Assembly (NCBI RefSeq): GCF_001194135.2
Contig: NC_068982.1
Span: 14,949,460-15,013,459 of the forward strand
Length of the DNA: 64,000 nt
Reading direction: 5' to 3'
Origin: Octopus bimaculoides
Taxonomy: Eukaryota
The notes beneath the pieces were generated by a model that was not told the DNA's origin, ran no database searches, and saw only the letters and a program-made list of their open reading frames with translations. This document shows, in pieces, positions 40,982 to 53,135 of this stretch (the first letter of the stretch is position 1; each line of letters starts with the position of its first letter). The position numbers were made by a program, and so were the translations under genes.

Positions 40982-41825
40982 TTAACTATATATATACCAT
41001 AGTGGTGTGATGTCTTATGTTTACTAAAAGAAAAGTATCATTATTCTCAGAATGTTGTAAAGTACTGTCCTTGATTCCATACCCATCACTCGCAAGTGAG
41101 TATGACTTGCATTAATTCTTTTATGTATTTATATGGTCATGAGCACACATGGACACCTGAGGGCCTGACAACCTTTCAGTCAGCAGAACATTCAAAGTGT
41201 GACAACCTGAGAGACAGAGAACCAGCACTTGACTAGTACTTATTTCAGCTAAGCAGACTGGGGCAATGTGAAATAAAGTACCTTGCTTAAGGACATACTG
41301 CACCTCCTGGTTTGGGAATTGAACCCACAAGCTTATGATTGCAAGCCCAACACTCCAACCACAGCACTGCACATGCTTGCCATGGTTAGATGAATGCTTT
41401 TGATCATGAGTCTACTCAATCAGAACTGACACCAACATTGACACAATATTTATTGCTTAGGTTTGCATTATTTTATTTTATTCTATCAAAGTAGAAAGAA
41501 TATGAATGCAAAAGCAAAGTGTAACCCCAAACTTCATACATTGTGGAGCTAATGGAGAGGAGGAGGAGGTGGAAGGTTACAGTTGAAAGATAGGGAACAA
41601 ATTGTCTATAGACACATAATGACATGGCAAGCAACAGCAGCAGTGGCTTCAGAAGTAATGGCTTGTGTGTCATATCTATGTTAGAAATCAATATTAATGT
41701 AAATATAAGGACAGTGTGATTGCAATTTGGTAGAGTGTCTGGCAAAATGCATTGGGTTTTGATTTTCATCCTTCTGGTGTTCAATGAGATTAACTAACAC
41801 TGAAGATAATATAATCAACTATATG

Positions 41826-42170
41826 CTTTTCATGTGGTGCCACATGAAAGGCACTGGTGATGGTGTCACATGAAAAGCACTGGTGCTGATGCCACATGAA
41901 AAGTACTGGTGTCACATAAAAAGCACTGGTGCTTGATGATGGTTCCACATGAAAAGCACTGGTGCTGGTGCCACATGAAAAGCACTGGTGATGGTGCCAC
42001 ATGAAAAGCACTGGTGATGGTGCCACATGAAAAGCGCTGGTTCCACATAAAAAGCACTGATGCTTGATGATGGTTCCGAATGAAAAGCACTGGTGCTGGC
42101 GCCATGTAAAAAGCACTAGTGCTGGTGCCACATGAAAAGCACTCTTGCTGATGCCTTGTAAAAAGCACCC
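41826..42170 (+). repeat. Minisatellite, 13 units of ~26 bp (CCACATGAAAAGCACTGGTG[A/C]TGGTG), fused to a family C body
   Basis: Unit spacing 26,26,20,33,26,26,26,20,33,26,26,26; continues into aaaagcacccagtacactct...ggttggcattaggaagggc. Confidence 0.9.
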
Positions 42171-42753
42171 AGTACACTCTATAAAGTGGTTGGCATTAGG
42201 AAGGGCATTCAGCCATAGAAACCATACCGAAACAGACAAGAGAGTCTGGTGTGCCCCCCCCCCCTCTGCTTTACTAGCTCTCTCAAATCATTCAACCCAC
42301 ACCAACATGGAAACAGACATTAAATGTTGATAGTGCTATTTTTCATCCAGATATGAGGCTGTATGCCTATGTTGGAAACAAGGCCATACAACAATGGCAA
42401 CAATGATTATTACTGGTTGATTTCCCTCCTGGGCCAATAAAGTAAAGTACCAGTCATGTACTGGTGTCAATGTAATTGACTAACCCCTGTCCTTAAAACT
42501 GCTGGTTGTGCTTAAATCAGAACAGAATTGATAGCCAGATAAAATGCTTAACGGCATTTCATCTATATCTACATCCTGAGTTCAAATTCCGCCAAGGTCA
42601 ACTTAGTTTTTTCATCCTTTTGAAGTTGATAAAAATAAGTACCATTTGTGTACGGGGGGAGAGGGAGTAATCAACTAACCGCTTCCTCCAAAATTACTAG
42701 CTTTGTACCTGTAATAGAAAGAATTATTATTATTATCATTATATAACTGTTCA

Positions 42754-43250
42754 AGATGGCAAGCTGGCAGAATCGTTAGTATGCTGGACAAAATGCTTAA
42801 CGGTATTTCGTCCGTCGCTACATTCTGAGTTCAAATTCTGCCAAGGTCGACATTGCCTTTCATCCTTTCGGAGTCGATAAATTAAGTACCAGTGAAACAC
42901 TGGGGTCAATGTAATCGACTAGTCGCCTCCCCCTAAATTTCAAAGCCTTCTGCCTATTGTAGAAAGGATTAGGGTTAGGGACTGGCTCCTGTGCAGCTGA
43001 CACATAAAAACACCATTTAAGCATGGCCATTGCCAGTACTGCCTGACTGGCCCTCGTGCCGGTGGCACATAAAAGCACCCACTACACTCTCGGAGTGGTT
43101 GGCGTTAGGAAGGGCATCCAGCTGTAGAAACTCTGCCAGATCAGATTGGAGCCTGGTGCAGCCATCTAGCTCACCAGTCCCTAGTTAAATCGTCCAACAC
43201 ATGCCAGCATGGAAAGCGGACGTTAGACGATGATGATGATGATGATGATG
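42754..43250 (+). mobile_element. Family B SINE (42754-42968) followed by family C retroposon (42975-43250)
   Basis: Family consensus motifs; (GAT)n tail. Confidence 0.85.
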
Positions 43251-44691
43251 ATGTATACACATATATATGTGTGTGTGTGATGGGCCTTTTCAGTTTCCAT
43301 CTACCAAATCCACTCACAAGGCTTTGGTCGGTCTGTGGCTATAGTAAAAGCCACATGCCCAAGGTGCCACACAGTGGAACTGAACTCAGAACTATGTGGT
43401 TGGGAAGCAAGTTTCTTACCACACAGCCACACCTGCTCATTCATATATAAAATGCAAAGATGATTTGATGAAGATTTAGCTGTTATTTCAAGCAGGTCAT
43501 ATATGAATCTAGTAATTACACAAAAGTGTTGAAGAAAATATCTTATGGTAATCAGTTAAAGGCTTTATATTCTGAGTTCAAACCCCATCAAAGTTAACTT
43601 TGTATTTCATCCTTCCAGGGTGTGTGATGAAACAAAGTACCAGTCAAGTACTGGGTTCCATTTAACTAGCATTATCATCGTCATCATCATCATCATCATT
43701 GTTTTAACATCTTTGTTTCCATGCTTGCATGGGTCAGATGGAATTTATTGAAGCAGATTTTCTATGGTCAGATGCCTTTCCTATCATCATCTCTCACCTG
43801 TTTCTAAATAAGGAAATATTGGAAATGAATGACACTGCTTGTGTGACAGTAACACTCATTTACAACTATTACACAATGTTGAAGCAAGGAATCTGTAACA
43901 CACACACACACACATGTATACAACAGGTTTCTTTCAGTTTCTCTTTCTAAAGCTGGATGCTCTTCCTAACACTAACTAGAGTGTAAAAAGCACCCAGTAC
44001 ACTCTGTAAGGTGATTGGCATTAGGAAGGACATTCAGCTGTAGAAACCATGCCAAAACCAAACTATGGAACCTTGGTGCGACTCATAGCCTTACCAGCTT
44101 TGCAAGCATGAAAAACGGCCATGAAATAATAAAAAAATCCACTCACAAGGATTTGTGCGGGTGGCACGTAAAAGCACCCACTACACTCTCAGAGTGGTTG
44201 ACATTAGGAAGAGCATCCAGCTGTAGAAATTCTGCCACATCAGATTGGAGCCTGGTGTAGCCATCAGATTTCACCAGTCCTCAGTCAAATCGTCCAACCC
44301 ATGCTAGCATGGAAAGCGGACGTTAAACGATGATGAGGATGAGGATATAGTAGAAAATTACGCAAGGTACCACACTGTGGGGTTGAACTTGGAACCACGT
44401 GACTGGGCAGCAAACTTCTTACTACTCAGTCACACCTGAACCTATTCTTCACATTTAAATCCTTGACCCTTTGTAATAAATCAATATTAATGTATATCAG
44501 AAAATTTTTCATTATACTGAATTGATTTCCTTTTCTATGTATGCTATTTTTTTAAATGTCATTTTTTGTATATCCTTTCCCTCCTAAGGGATGGGTGTTT
44601 ATGTTGTGTAGCTTCTTTTGTTTTATTTTTTTAAAGTTGGTTGCTAGGCATTTATATTCTGAAGTGTTGTTTAGCCAAGCAGACTAAACAC

Positions 44692-44696
<5 letters not shown>

Positions 44697-44748
<52 letters not shown>

Positions 44749-44760
44749 TAATAATAATGT
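44697..44760. repeat. (AAT)n microsatellite; similar tracts at 29116-29150 and 39329-39400
   Basis: Direct reading. Confidence 0.95.
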
Positions 44761-45029
44761 AGATTTTGATAGAATAAAGTGATAATGTTTGAACTTGTCA
44801 ATTATAATAGTATAGAGTAAGCAAGCACCTTTAACATCTCATTTATTTAACTCTTAAGCATCGCAGTGTGTGTGTATCTGTGTGTGCTTGTGTGTGTGTG
44901 TGTGTGTGCATGCGTGTGTGTCTTCTGTGTCTATTTCTCATTATGGTTGTGCATATGTGTGTTCTATAAGTGTAAGTGTGTATTTTTTAATTTTTATTTT
45001 ATACGCTTGTGTGTGTGTGTGGAGAGAGT

Positions 45030-45174
45030 TAGACAGACAGACAGACACTCAGATAGATAGACAGACAGACAGACAGATAGACTGACTGACAGACACACAG
45101 ATAGATAGATAGACAGACACACAGATAGATAGATAGACAGACAGACAGATAGAAAGACTGACAGACAGACACAA

Positions 45175-45209
<35 letters not shown>

Positions 45210-45243
45210 TAGACTGACAGACAAACACACAGACAGATAGATG
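45030..45243. repeat. Compound (GACA)n/(GATA)n satellite
   Basis: Direct reading; higher-order agatagatagacagacag...actgacagacacac blocks. Confidence 0.95.
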
Positions 45244-45362
45244 TGGAACATACTCATGCACATATACACCTATCTATTGGCTGCTTATGTACTTGTAAGT
45301 ATGCATGCGTATGTAAGTATTTGTGTTAAGGATTTTTTTTATATGTTTGTTTTATATGTATT

Positions 45363-45398
<36 letters not shown>

Positions 45399-45582
45399 AA
45401 TGATGGCAGCTGATGAAGGAAATGTTCTCTATGTGGCCTGTGTGTTTTCTGTATTCCGTTTATCATTTTGTCCACATTCTTTTGCAACGTCCTGTACCCA
45501 GATATGCATCAATATACACATGTAGATGTAGGTATGTACATATATGTACGTATATATGTATATACTCATATATTATTTGTAT

Positions 45583-45686
<104 letters not shown>

Positions 45687-45856
45687 TTAGCTGAGTTAGA
45701 GGTTACAATAACTGTCTAAGGGATAGAAGTATCTAATTACACCACCGGTATATTACCTATGCACACATATGCAAGCGTATTATGCTCATAAATTATAGGT
45801 AAAGACAAGGAGAAACATGAGTTTATCAAGAATCAAATTTTAAAGAAAACAATGGA

Positions 45857-45982
45857 GAAATAGTGATGAACTATTGACTTACATCAATTATTATTTATTA
45901 ATTCAATACAAATAGACTGCAGTCTATTTGTATTGAATTAATAAATAATAATTGATGTAAATCAATTGTTCATAAATATTTC
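45857..45982. repeat. Palindrome with a perfect 82-bp core (45879-45960, no spacer) and imperfect outer arms
   Basis: ttacatcaattattatttattaattcaatacaaatagactg|cagtctatttgtattgaattaataaataataattgatgtaa. Confidence 0.95.
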
Positions 45983-46062
45983 TTCATTTTCTATATGTAT
46001 ATATATTTTATACATATATATATATTTTATACATATATATATATATATATATATATAAAACC

Positions 46063-46350
46063 AGTGGTTAGTGCAGCGGACTCGTAGTCGGAGGATCACA
46101 GTTTTGATTCCCAGACTGGGCGTTGTGTGTGTTTATTGAGCGAAAACACCTAAAGCTCTACAAGGCTCTGGCAGGGGGTGGTGGTGACCCCTGTTGTACT
46201 CTTTCGCCCCAACTTTCTCTCACTCTTTCTTCCTGTTTCTTGAGTAACACTGCAATGGACTGGCATCCCATCCAGCTGGCAGGGGAGCACATACGCCATA
46301 GAAACCAGGAAACCAGGGTCATGAGCCTGGCTAGGCCTTAAAAAGGCCAC
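46063..46350 (+). mobile_element. tRNA-headed SINE with a V/Nin-domain-like core
   Basis: gtggttagtgcagcggactcgtag...ttgattccc head; ctgcaatggactggcatcccatccag motif of the type found in V/Nin-class SINEs (from recall). Confidence 0.55.
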
Positions 46351-46354
46351 ACAA

Positions 46355-46392
<38 letters not shown>

Positions 46393-46839
46393 GACTTACT
46401 TGTAAAATAGGACGTGTGCGTTCAATAATGTAATGATACAAAGAATATATATACATGNNNNNNNNNNNNNNNNNNNNNNNNNNNNNNNNNNNNNNNNNNN
46501 NNNNNNNNNNNNNNNNNNNNNNNNNNNNNNNNNNNNNNNNNNNNNNNNNNNNNNNNNNNNNNNNNNNNNNNNNNNNNNNNNNNNNNNNNNNNNNNNNNNN
46601 NNNNNNNNNNNNNNNNNNNNNNNNNNNNNNNNNNNNNNNNNNNNNNNNNNNNNNNNNNNNNNNNNNNNNNNNNNNNNNNNNNNNNNNNNNNNNNNNNNNN
46701 NNNNNNNNNNNNNNNNNNNNNNNNNNNNNNNNNNNNNNNNNNNNNNNNNNNNNNNNNNNNNNNNNNNNNNNCCTTGGAATATCCCTTCATCAGCTGTCTC
46801 TATTCTATCCAGACGTTTCGAAGACCAGACAGGTAGCAT

Positions 46840-47150
46840 GTTAAAAAATCATTTGAGCGAGGTCGTTGCCAGTGCCACTGGACTGGCTCCTGTGCTGGTG
46901 GCACGTAAAAAACACCATTTAAGCATGGCCATTGCCAGTACTGCCTGACTGGCCCTCGTGCCGGTGGCATATAAAAGCACCCACTACACTCTTGGAGTGG
47001 TTGGCGTTAGGAAGGGCATCCAGCTGTAGAAACTCTGCCAGATCAGATTGGAGCCTGGTGTAGCCATCTGGTTCACCAGTCCTCAGTCAAATCGTCCAAC
47101 CCATGCTAGCATGGAAAGCGGACATTAAACGATGATGATGATGATATGTG
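46840..47150 (+). mobile_element. Family C RTE-related retroposon, near consensus
   Basis: GGTTGGCGTTAGGAAGGGCATCCAGCTGTAGAAAC block; CCCATGCTAGCATGGAAAGCGGACATTAAACGATGATG tail. Confidence 0.9.
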
Positions 47151-47398
47151 ATGATGATGATGATGGTGATGGATTCTTTCGTTGTGAATGACAAATGAGT
47201 GTTCAATAAAATAAAGCAGTAATCATGTTCTATGGACACTTGTGTGACCCTTAAGGCTTGTTGGTGTCATGCAAATCATTTTGCCAAATGGAACATGTTG
47301 AGGACTCTGTTTGCTTTAATGCTTTTGGATCATTTATTACATGTTTTCTTGAGTGGACAGTACACATATATACACATACATATATGTATGTATGTATG

Positions 47399-47780
47399 TG
47401 GCGTAGGAGTGGCTGTGTGGTAAGTAGCTTGCTTACGACCCACATGGTTCCGGGTTCAGCCCTACTGTGTGGCACCTTGGGCAAGTGTCTTCTACTATAG
47501 CCTCGGGCTGACCAAAGCCTTGTGAGTGGATTTGGTAGACGGAAACTGAAAGAAGCCCGTCGTATATATGTTTGTGTGTCTGTGTTTGTCCCCCCAACAT
47601 TGCTTGACAACCGATGCTGGTGTGTTTACGTCCCCGTAATTTAGCTGTTCGGCAAAATAGACCGATAGAATAAGTACTAGGCTTACAAAGAATAAGTCCT
47701 GGGGTCGATTTGCTCGACTAAAGGCAGTGCTCCAGCATGGCCTCAGTCAAATGACTGAAACAAGTAAAAGAGTAAAGAGT
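47399..47780 (+). mobile_element. Family A SINE, full length, young
   Basis: GGCGTAGGAGTGGCTGTGTGGTAAGTAGC...AAACAAGTAAAAGAGTAAAGAGT. Confidence 0.92.
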
Positions 47781-48209
47781 ATTGTTTTAATGTACTCTTC
47801 TCTATGAGAGTATATTGAGGCAGAGTTTTTTTCTATGGCTGGATGAACCTTCTTGTCACCAATCCTCATTCGCTTTGAAATGAGGAAATAATCTAGACGT
47901 CTATCGAACTACAAACAGTCCACACATTTTCACGTGGAAAATGGGAAAGAAACAGCACTGTTTGATTAGCTGTTTGTTGGCAAAGATCTCCTCACAACAT
48001 GTCAAGACATGTCAATAAATCTGGATAGCCATTCACAGTGGACTGCAAGCTAATGGTGCCAACAGGAAGCCATTGCTTCAAATCATCAACCACAAAGGAG
48101 ATATTAACTGTCACACAATGAGACACATACACACATACACATACATACACACACACACACATATATACACACACAAGCACTCATATATTATCAGTTAGTT
48201 TTATTTTTT

Positions 48210-48598
48210 ATCTTTTACTTGTTTCAGTCATTAGGCTGTGACCATGCTGGAGCATCACCTTGAAGAATTTTAGTTAAATGAACCAATCCCAGTATTTGTG
48301 TTTTTTTAAAGCCTTCTACTTATTCTATTAGTCCCTTTTTGCCAAATTGCTAAGTTACTGGATGTAAACACATCAACACTGGTTGTCAAGTGGTGGTGGG
48401 GGAACAAACACACACACACACACACACATATGTATATACATGACTGGCTTCTTTCAGTTTTTGTCTATCAAATCCACCCACAAGGCTTTGGTCGGCCCAA
48501 GATTAGTAGAAGACACTTTACGAAGGTGCCATGCTGTGGGACTGAATCCAGGACCATGTGGTTGGGAAGCAAACCACTTACCACGCAGCCACACCTGT
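48210..48598 (-). mobile_element. Family A SINE
   Basis: Reverse-complement copy, tail-to-tail with 47399. Confidence 0.85.
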
Positions 48599-48754
48599 GT
48601 CTTTATGAGTCAGAAGGAAAACTCAATATGAGTAACAGTTGTTCTGTTCATATCATAAAGCACCATATTGCTACCAAGATGGCATATAATTGGTTAGACA
48701 GTAACATTTTGAGTGGTTGTCTTTGCCAACCAGTAATATAACACCTCATTAGAT

Positions 48755-48823
<69 letters not shown>

Positions 48824-50344
48824 CATGATCATCATCACTATCATCAAATAACGTCTGTTTCCCATGCTGGCTTGCTTTGGATGGTTTGACAGGATGTGGG
48901 AAGGCTGGGAGCCATACCAGGCTCCATAGTCTCTTGTATGGTTTCTGCAGCTGGATACCCTTCCTAACACCAGCCACCTTATAGAGTACACACACACGCA
49001 CACACACTCATTATTTGTATATAGGAGGTAATAAAGTTATAAGATTGCCAACAGGAATCACACCTTGTACATCTATCATAACCTGCTGCACCAGAGTGAC
49101 TCTACAACTGCAGTCATCTAAATTAGAAGCCTTAACCTAACATCTGCACTTTCTTCGTATCACTAAACTGTCAATGGGGAAGTCAGTCTATACAGTATCA
49201 AGGTATGATATTCTATATTGGTTATATTTAGAAGAAGATGGAAGAAAAGTTGTAAATGCCAGATATAGCATTACAGATGTAGTTATAAATTTAACACATA
49301 TAAAGTCTTACTGTTGAATGAAACCTAGTAGAGGTGGATATATCTGTGTGTGTTTGTGTGTCTGTCTGTCTATCTGTGTATGTGTGTGCATCTGTATGTG
49401 CGCATGTGTGTCTGTGTATCCCAAATTCCCAGAAGCAAAGTGAGTGTTTTATAGTTTGTGAGTTATTTTAAATTCCTGTAAGAAACTAGTTAGAAGACTG
49501 GGCTATATTACATCTTGCTGTTTGTTTGAAAATATTAAGAAATTACTAATAAACCAACACAGCATGACAGGAAATCTGCTGTACAGAAAAATGCTTAAAT
49601 GCTTAAAACAAAGTATTGCTATCGAATGAAACTCAAGTACTCCAAGTTCTCAGCATTTTCTCTATGGATATAAACTGTTCCTTCTGAGCATGAATTTTTG
49701 CGTGTGTGTGTGTGTACATATTTGAGTTGGTGATTATGTATATGGGTGTATGTATGGGTATAGGGGTTTATTATCTATTTTTCTGTTTGCATGACTGGGA
49801 TGGTTTAGTTGTTAGAACAATAGGTATCTACTAATTTGTATTCATACACAAAGGGGTCGCCTCTATGCAGTTGCTGAACCAATCAGAAGTAGCAGCTAAA
49901 TCTCCCTGAAATCATGCCCTAAAGTCTTAAAAAAGATAGGCTACATCAGATAATTTAGTCATTGACGTAGTGTGAAAGAGCTGGGAAAGACTGGATGGTC
50001 ATAACTGGAATATATTTGATCATGGTCAACAGCAATTTCAGAGCATTAAATAACAAATTCACTGGTCATTTGTGTGCAATGATCAGTGAATCTGCTTAGT
50101 AAGTGAGATATATGTGACTGGATACCAATCTACAGATTTCAAGCTATTTTTTGCTCTTAATTTTTTTGTTGAGAAGTGTGTTTAATTTAACACTGCTAAT
50201 AGCGAAAGCCTATCTCTGTCACATATTCTAGTATCTGGCTCAGTTTGACTGTATCGCACTGGCACCTTGGTATGTATCTTCTACTATAGACTTGGGCTAA
50301 CCAATGCCTTGTGAGTGGAATTCATCATTGTCATCATCATTATT

Positions 50345-51153
50345 ATCATCGTTTAAGTTCGTTTTCCATGCTGGCATGGGTTGGACAGTTTGACTGAGGT
50401 CTGGAAAGCCAGTGGCTGCACCAGGCTCCAATCTGATCTGGCAGAGTTTCTACAGCTGGATGCCCTTCCTAACGCCAACCACTCCGAGAGTGTAGTGGGT
50501 GCTTTTTACATGCCACCGGCAGAGGAGCCAGTTAGGTGGGCCTGGCATCAATCACATTCAGACTGCTTTTTTACATGCCACTAGCATGGTAGCCAGTCAG
50601 GGGGCATTGGCATTGGCCACGTTTGCATGGTGCTTTTTATGTGCCACCGGCACAAGAGCCAGTCAGGTGGCCCAGGCATTGATCACATTTGAATTGTTAA
50701 ATGGAAACTATACAGAAGCCTGTCATATACATATGTATATATGTATATGTATGAGTGCATGGATATTGTCATTTTTGCTTCTTCACATGAGACTGCTCCA
50801 GCCTGAAATAGTAATATTATGTTTACCAGCATCGCCTTACTGGCACGTTAGAAAATCATTTGAGCAAAGTTGTTGCCAGTGCCGCTGGACTGGCTCCTGT
50901 GCAGGTGGCATGTAAAAAACACCATTTTGAGCGTGGCCATTGCCAGTACCACGTGACTGGCCCTCATGTCGTTGGCACATAAAAGCCCCCACTACACTCT
51001 CGGAGTGGTTGGCATTAGGAAGGGCATCCAGTTGTAGAAACTCTGCCAGATCAGATTGGAGCCTGATGCAGCCATCCGGTTTCACCAGTACTCAGTCAAA
51101 TCGTCCAACCCATGCTAGCATGGAAAGCGGACGTTAAACGATGATGATGATGA
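50345..51153. mobile_element. Inverted pair of family C retroposons (50345-50690 minus; 50835-51153 plus)
   Basis: Outer ~190 bp of each copy are near reverse complements. Confidence 0.88.
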
Positions 51154-52327
51154 TGTTTACATTTTCTGCAAACAGCATTCCTTGTGGATCCCTTAAAGTT
51201 TAGTGGAATAAAAAAAAAAAACCTAATTTGAAAGACAAGTCGAAGGTTGAACCAGAATGATGTAAAACAAACGAACAAACTCTATCCCATATTACTCATT
51301 TATCTGCCAACTGTATGCTTGTTCTTCCAACTCCCATACTGTTACTTACCTTGTAAGATTCACAAGTGACTGTGTTCCTTCCTATCATCAATGATGTTCT
51401 GACATTGATAGTAGCAACCTTGAAGTTTTGTATCTAACAGAGATAGGGTAATTTCTGCTGGTGCTTTGGTTGTTTGTTTTGTGTTTTCTGCATCTGAAAG
51501 GAAGAGGGTTGGTACAATTGTTTGCTGACAATCAAGGGATTCTTACTCATAGCTACATGTTCCCACCTGGCCACCCCTCTACTTTGCCCAGCACTGACAC
51601 GGTGAATGTTAACACTGAATACGCAATGTATACATGGTTGTTTTTCTGCCTCCTTATATAATGAATTTATCTGTATTTTGTTTACTCACTTAATTTTCAA
51701 GGTAATCTTTTTAGCACTATCAGTTTTGCCTGTCACATCCACATATACACACATGTAAATATATGTACTTAAGAGATTGCTTTAAGAATAGGCAATTCAC
51801 ACCCACACACACACACACACACACACATGCACTGCACACATATACATGCATGCACACATGCACATTCAAATACTAACAGTATGTAAATGAAAGAAGAGAG
51901 TACTGACTACATGGTGCAGAGAATATTGTATACATGTATTTACACTAACATTGTCTCATTTAGGAAATTTCTACTTGAATATAATTCTACCTTACATCTT
52001 GGTTGTTTCTCTATATTTACTCAAATCTACAGAATTGCCAATCTCCTGTCTTCTGTTATCTTTTCTCTTTTGAACTTCATTTCTCTTTCATCAGTCCAAA
52101 TTATCTTATTTTATTCTTTGTCTTACCTTTGTTCTTTTCATTCTCCACTATTAGCTTGGCCTGTATCTGTGAAACTCACTTTTATCATCCGTTTCTAGCA
52201 CATCCGCTGCACAACTCACAACTTGTGCAGCCACTATCTGAAATTCAAAGAGAATATTAATTAGCCAACCTGGTCTTTCTTTTGCTAATCTCTCCATTCT
52301 TTAACTCTCCACCACAAGAGTTTGCAC

Positions 52328-52589
52328 CAGTGGTTCACAACTGGGGTCGCAACCAGGGTTCATATGATCCTTGGGGGTCCATATAAGATTTTGCTAAAAT
52401 TTATCTACAATAAATTGGTTATAATTTTACAATACACTAAAGATTTTAATAATTATTTTTATATGATTCTTAATAATATTTATTTACAAATATTATAATT
52501 TTTTTTAAATATCGAATGGCTAGGAGGGTCCACCCAAGTAAGTTAAGAATCAAAGGGGTTCATAGGCAAAAAAGGGTTGAGAACCACTG
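52328..52589. mobile_element. hAT (Charlie-like) MITE
   Basis: CAGTGGTTCACAAC ... GTTGAGAACCACTG; degenerate 8-bp TSD gtttgcac/ttttacac; partial copies at ~19945-20085 (minus) and ~40229-40300. Confidence 0.8.
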
Positions 52590-52694
52590 TTTTACACAGT
52601 GGCTATAGGCATACAAGATCTAAGCTGATATTTTTCTCAAAGTTTGATATTTTGTACCTTGAGTTTTTTGTATTTTATAGTTATTAAACATATA

Positions 52695-53135
52695 GGCACA
52701 GGAGTGGTTGTGTGGTAAGAACTTTGCTTACCAACCTCATGGTTCCTGGTTCAGTCCCACTGCATGACACATTGAGCAAGTGTCTTCTACTATAGCCTCG
52801 GGCCAACCAAAGCCTTGTGAGTGGATTTGGTAGATGGAAACTGAAAAGAAGCCCGCAGTATATATGTGTGTGTGTGTCTGTTTGTCCCCGCCAACATCAC
52901 TTGACAACTGATGTTGGTGTGTTGACATATCCGTAACTTCGCGGTTCGGCAAAAAGAGACCGATAGAATAAGTACTAGGTTTACAAAGAATAAGTCCTGG
53001 GGTCAATTTGCTCGACTAAAGGCGGTGCTCCAGCATGGCCTCAGTCAAATGACTGAAACAAGTAAAAGAGTAAAAAGACTAAAAGTGGTGCTCCAGCATG
53101 GGCGCAGTCAAATGACTGAAACAAATAGAAGAATA
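52695..53135 (+). mobile_element. Family A SINE with duplicated 3' tail
   Basis: The ggtgctccagcatgg..cagtcaaatgactgaaacaa block occurs twice (~53025 and ~53086). Confidence 0.88.

Noticed and set aside
41826-42170. CRISPR-like appearance and the 149/103-aa ORFs over the 26-bp array
   Set aside because: Units are contiguous with no unique spacers, the context is eukaryotic, and the unit derives from a retroposon module.
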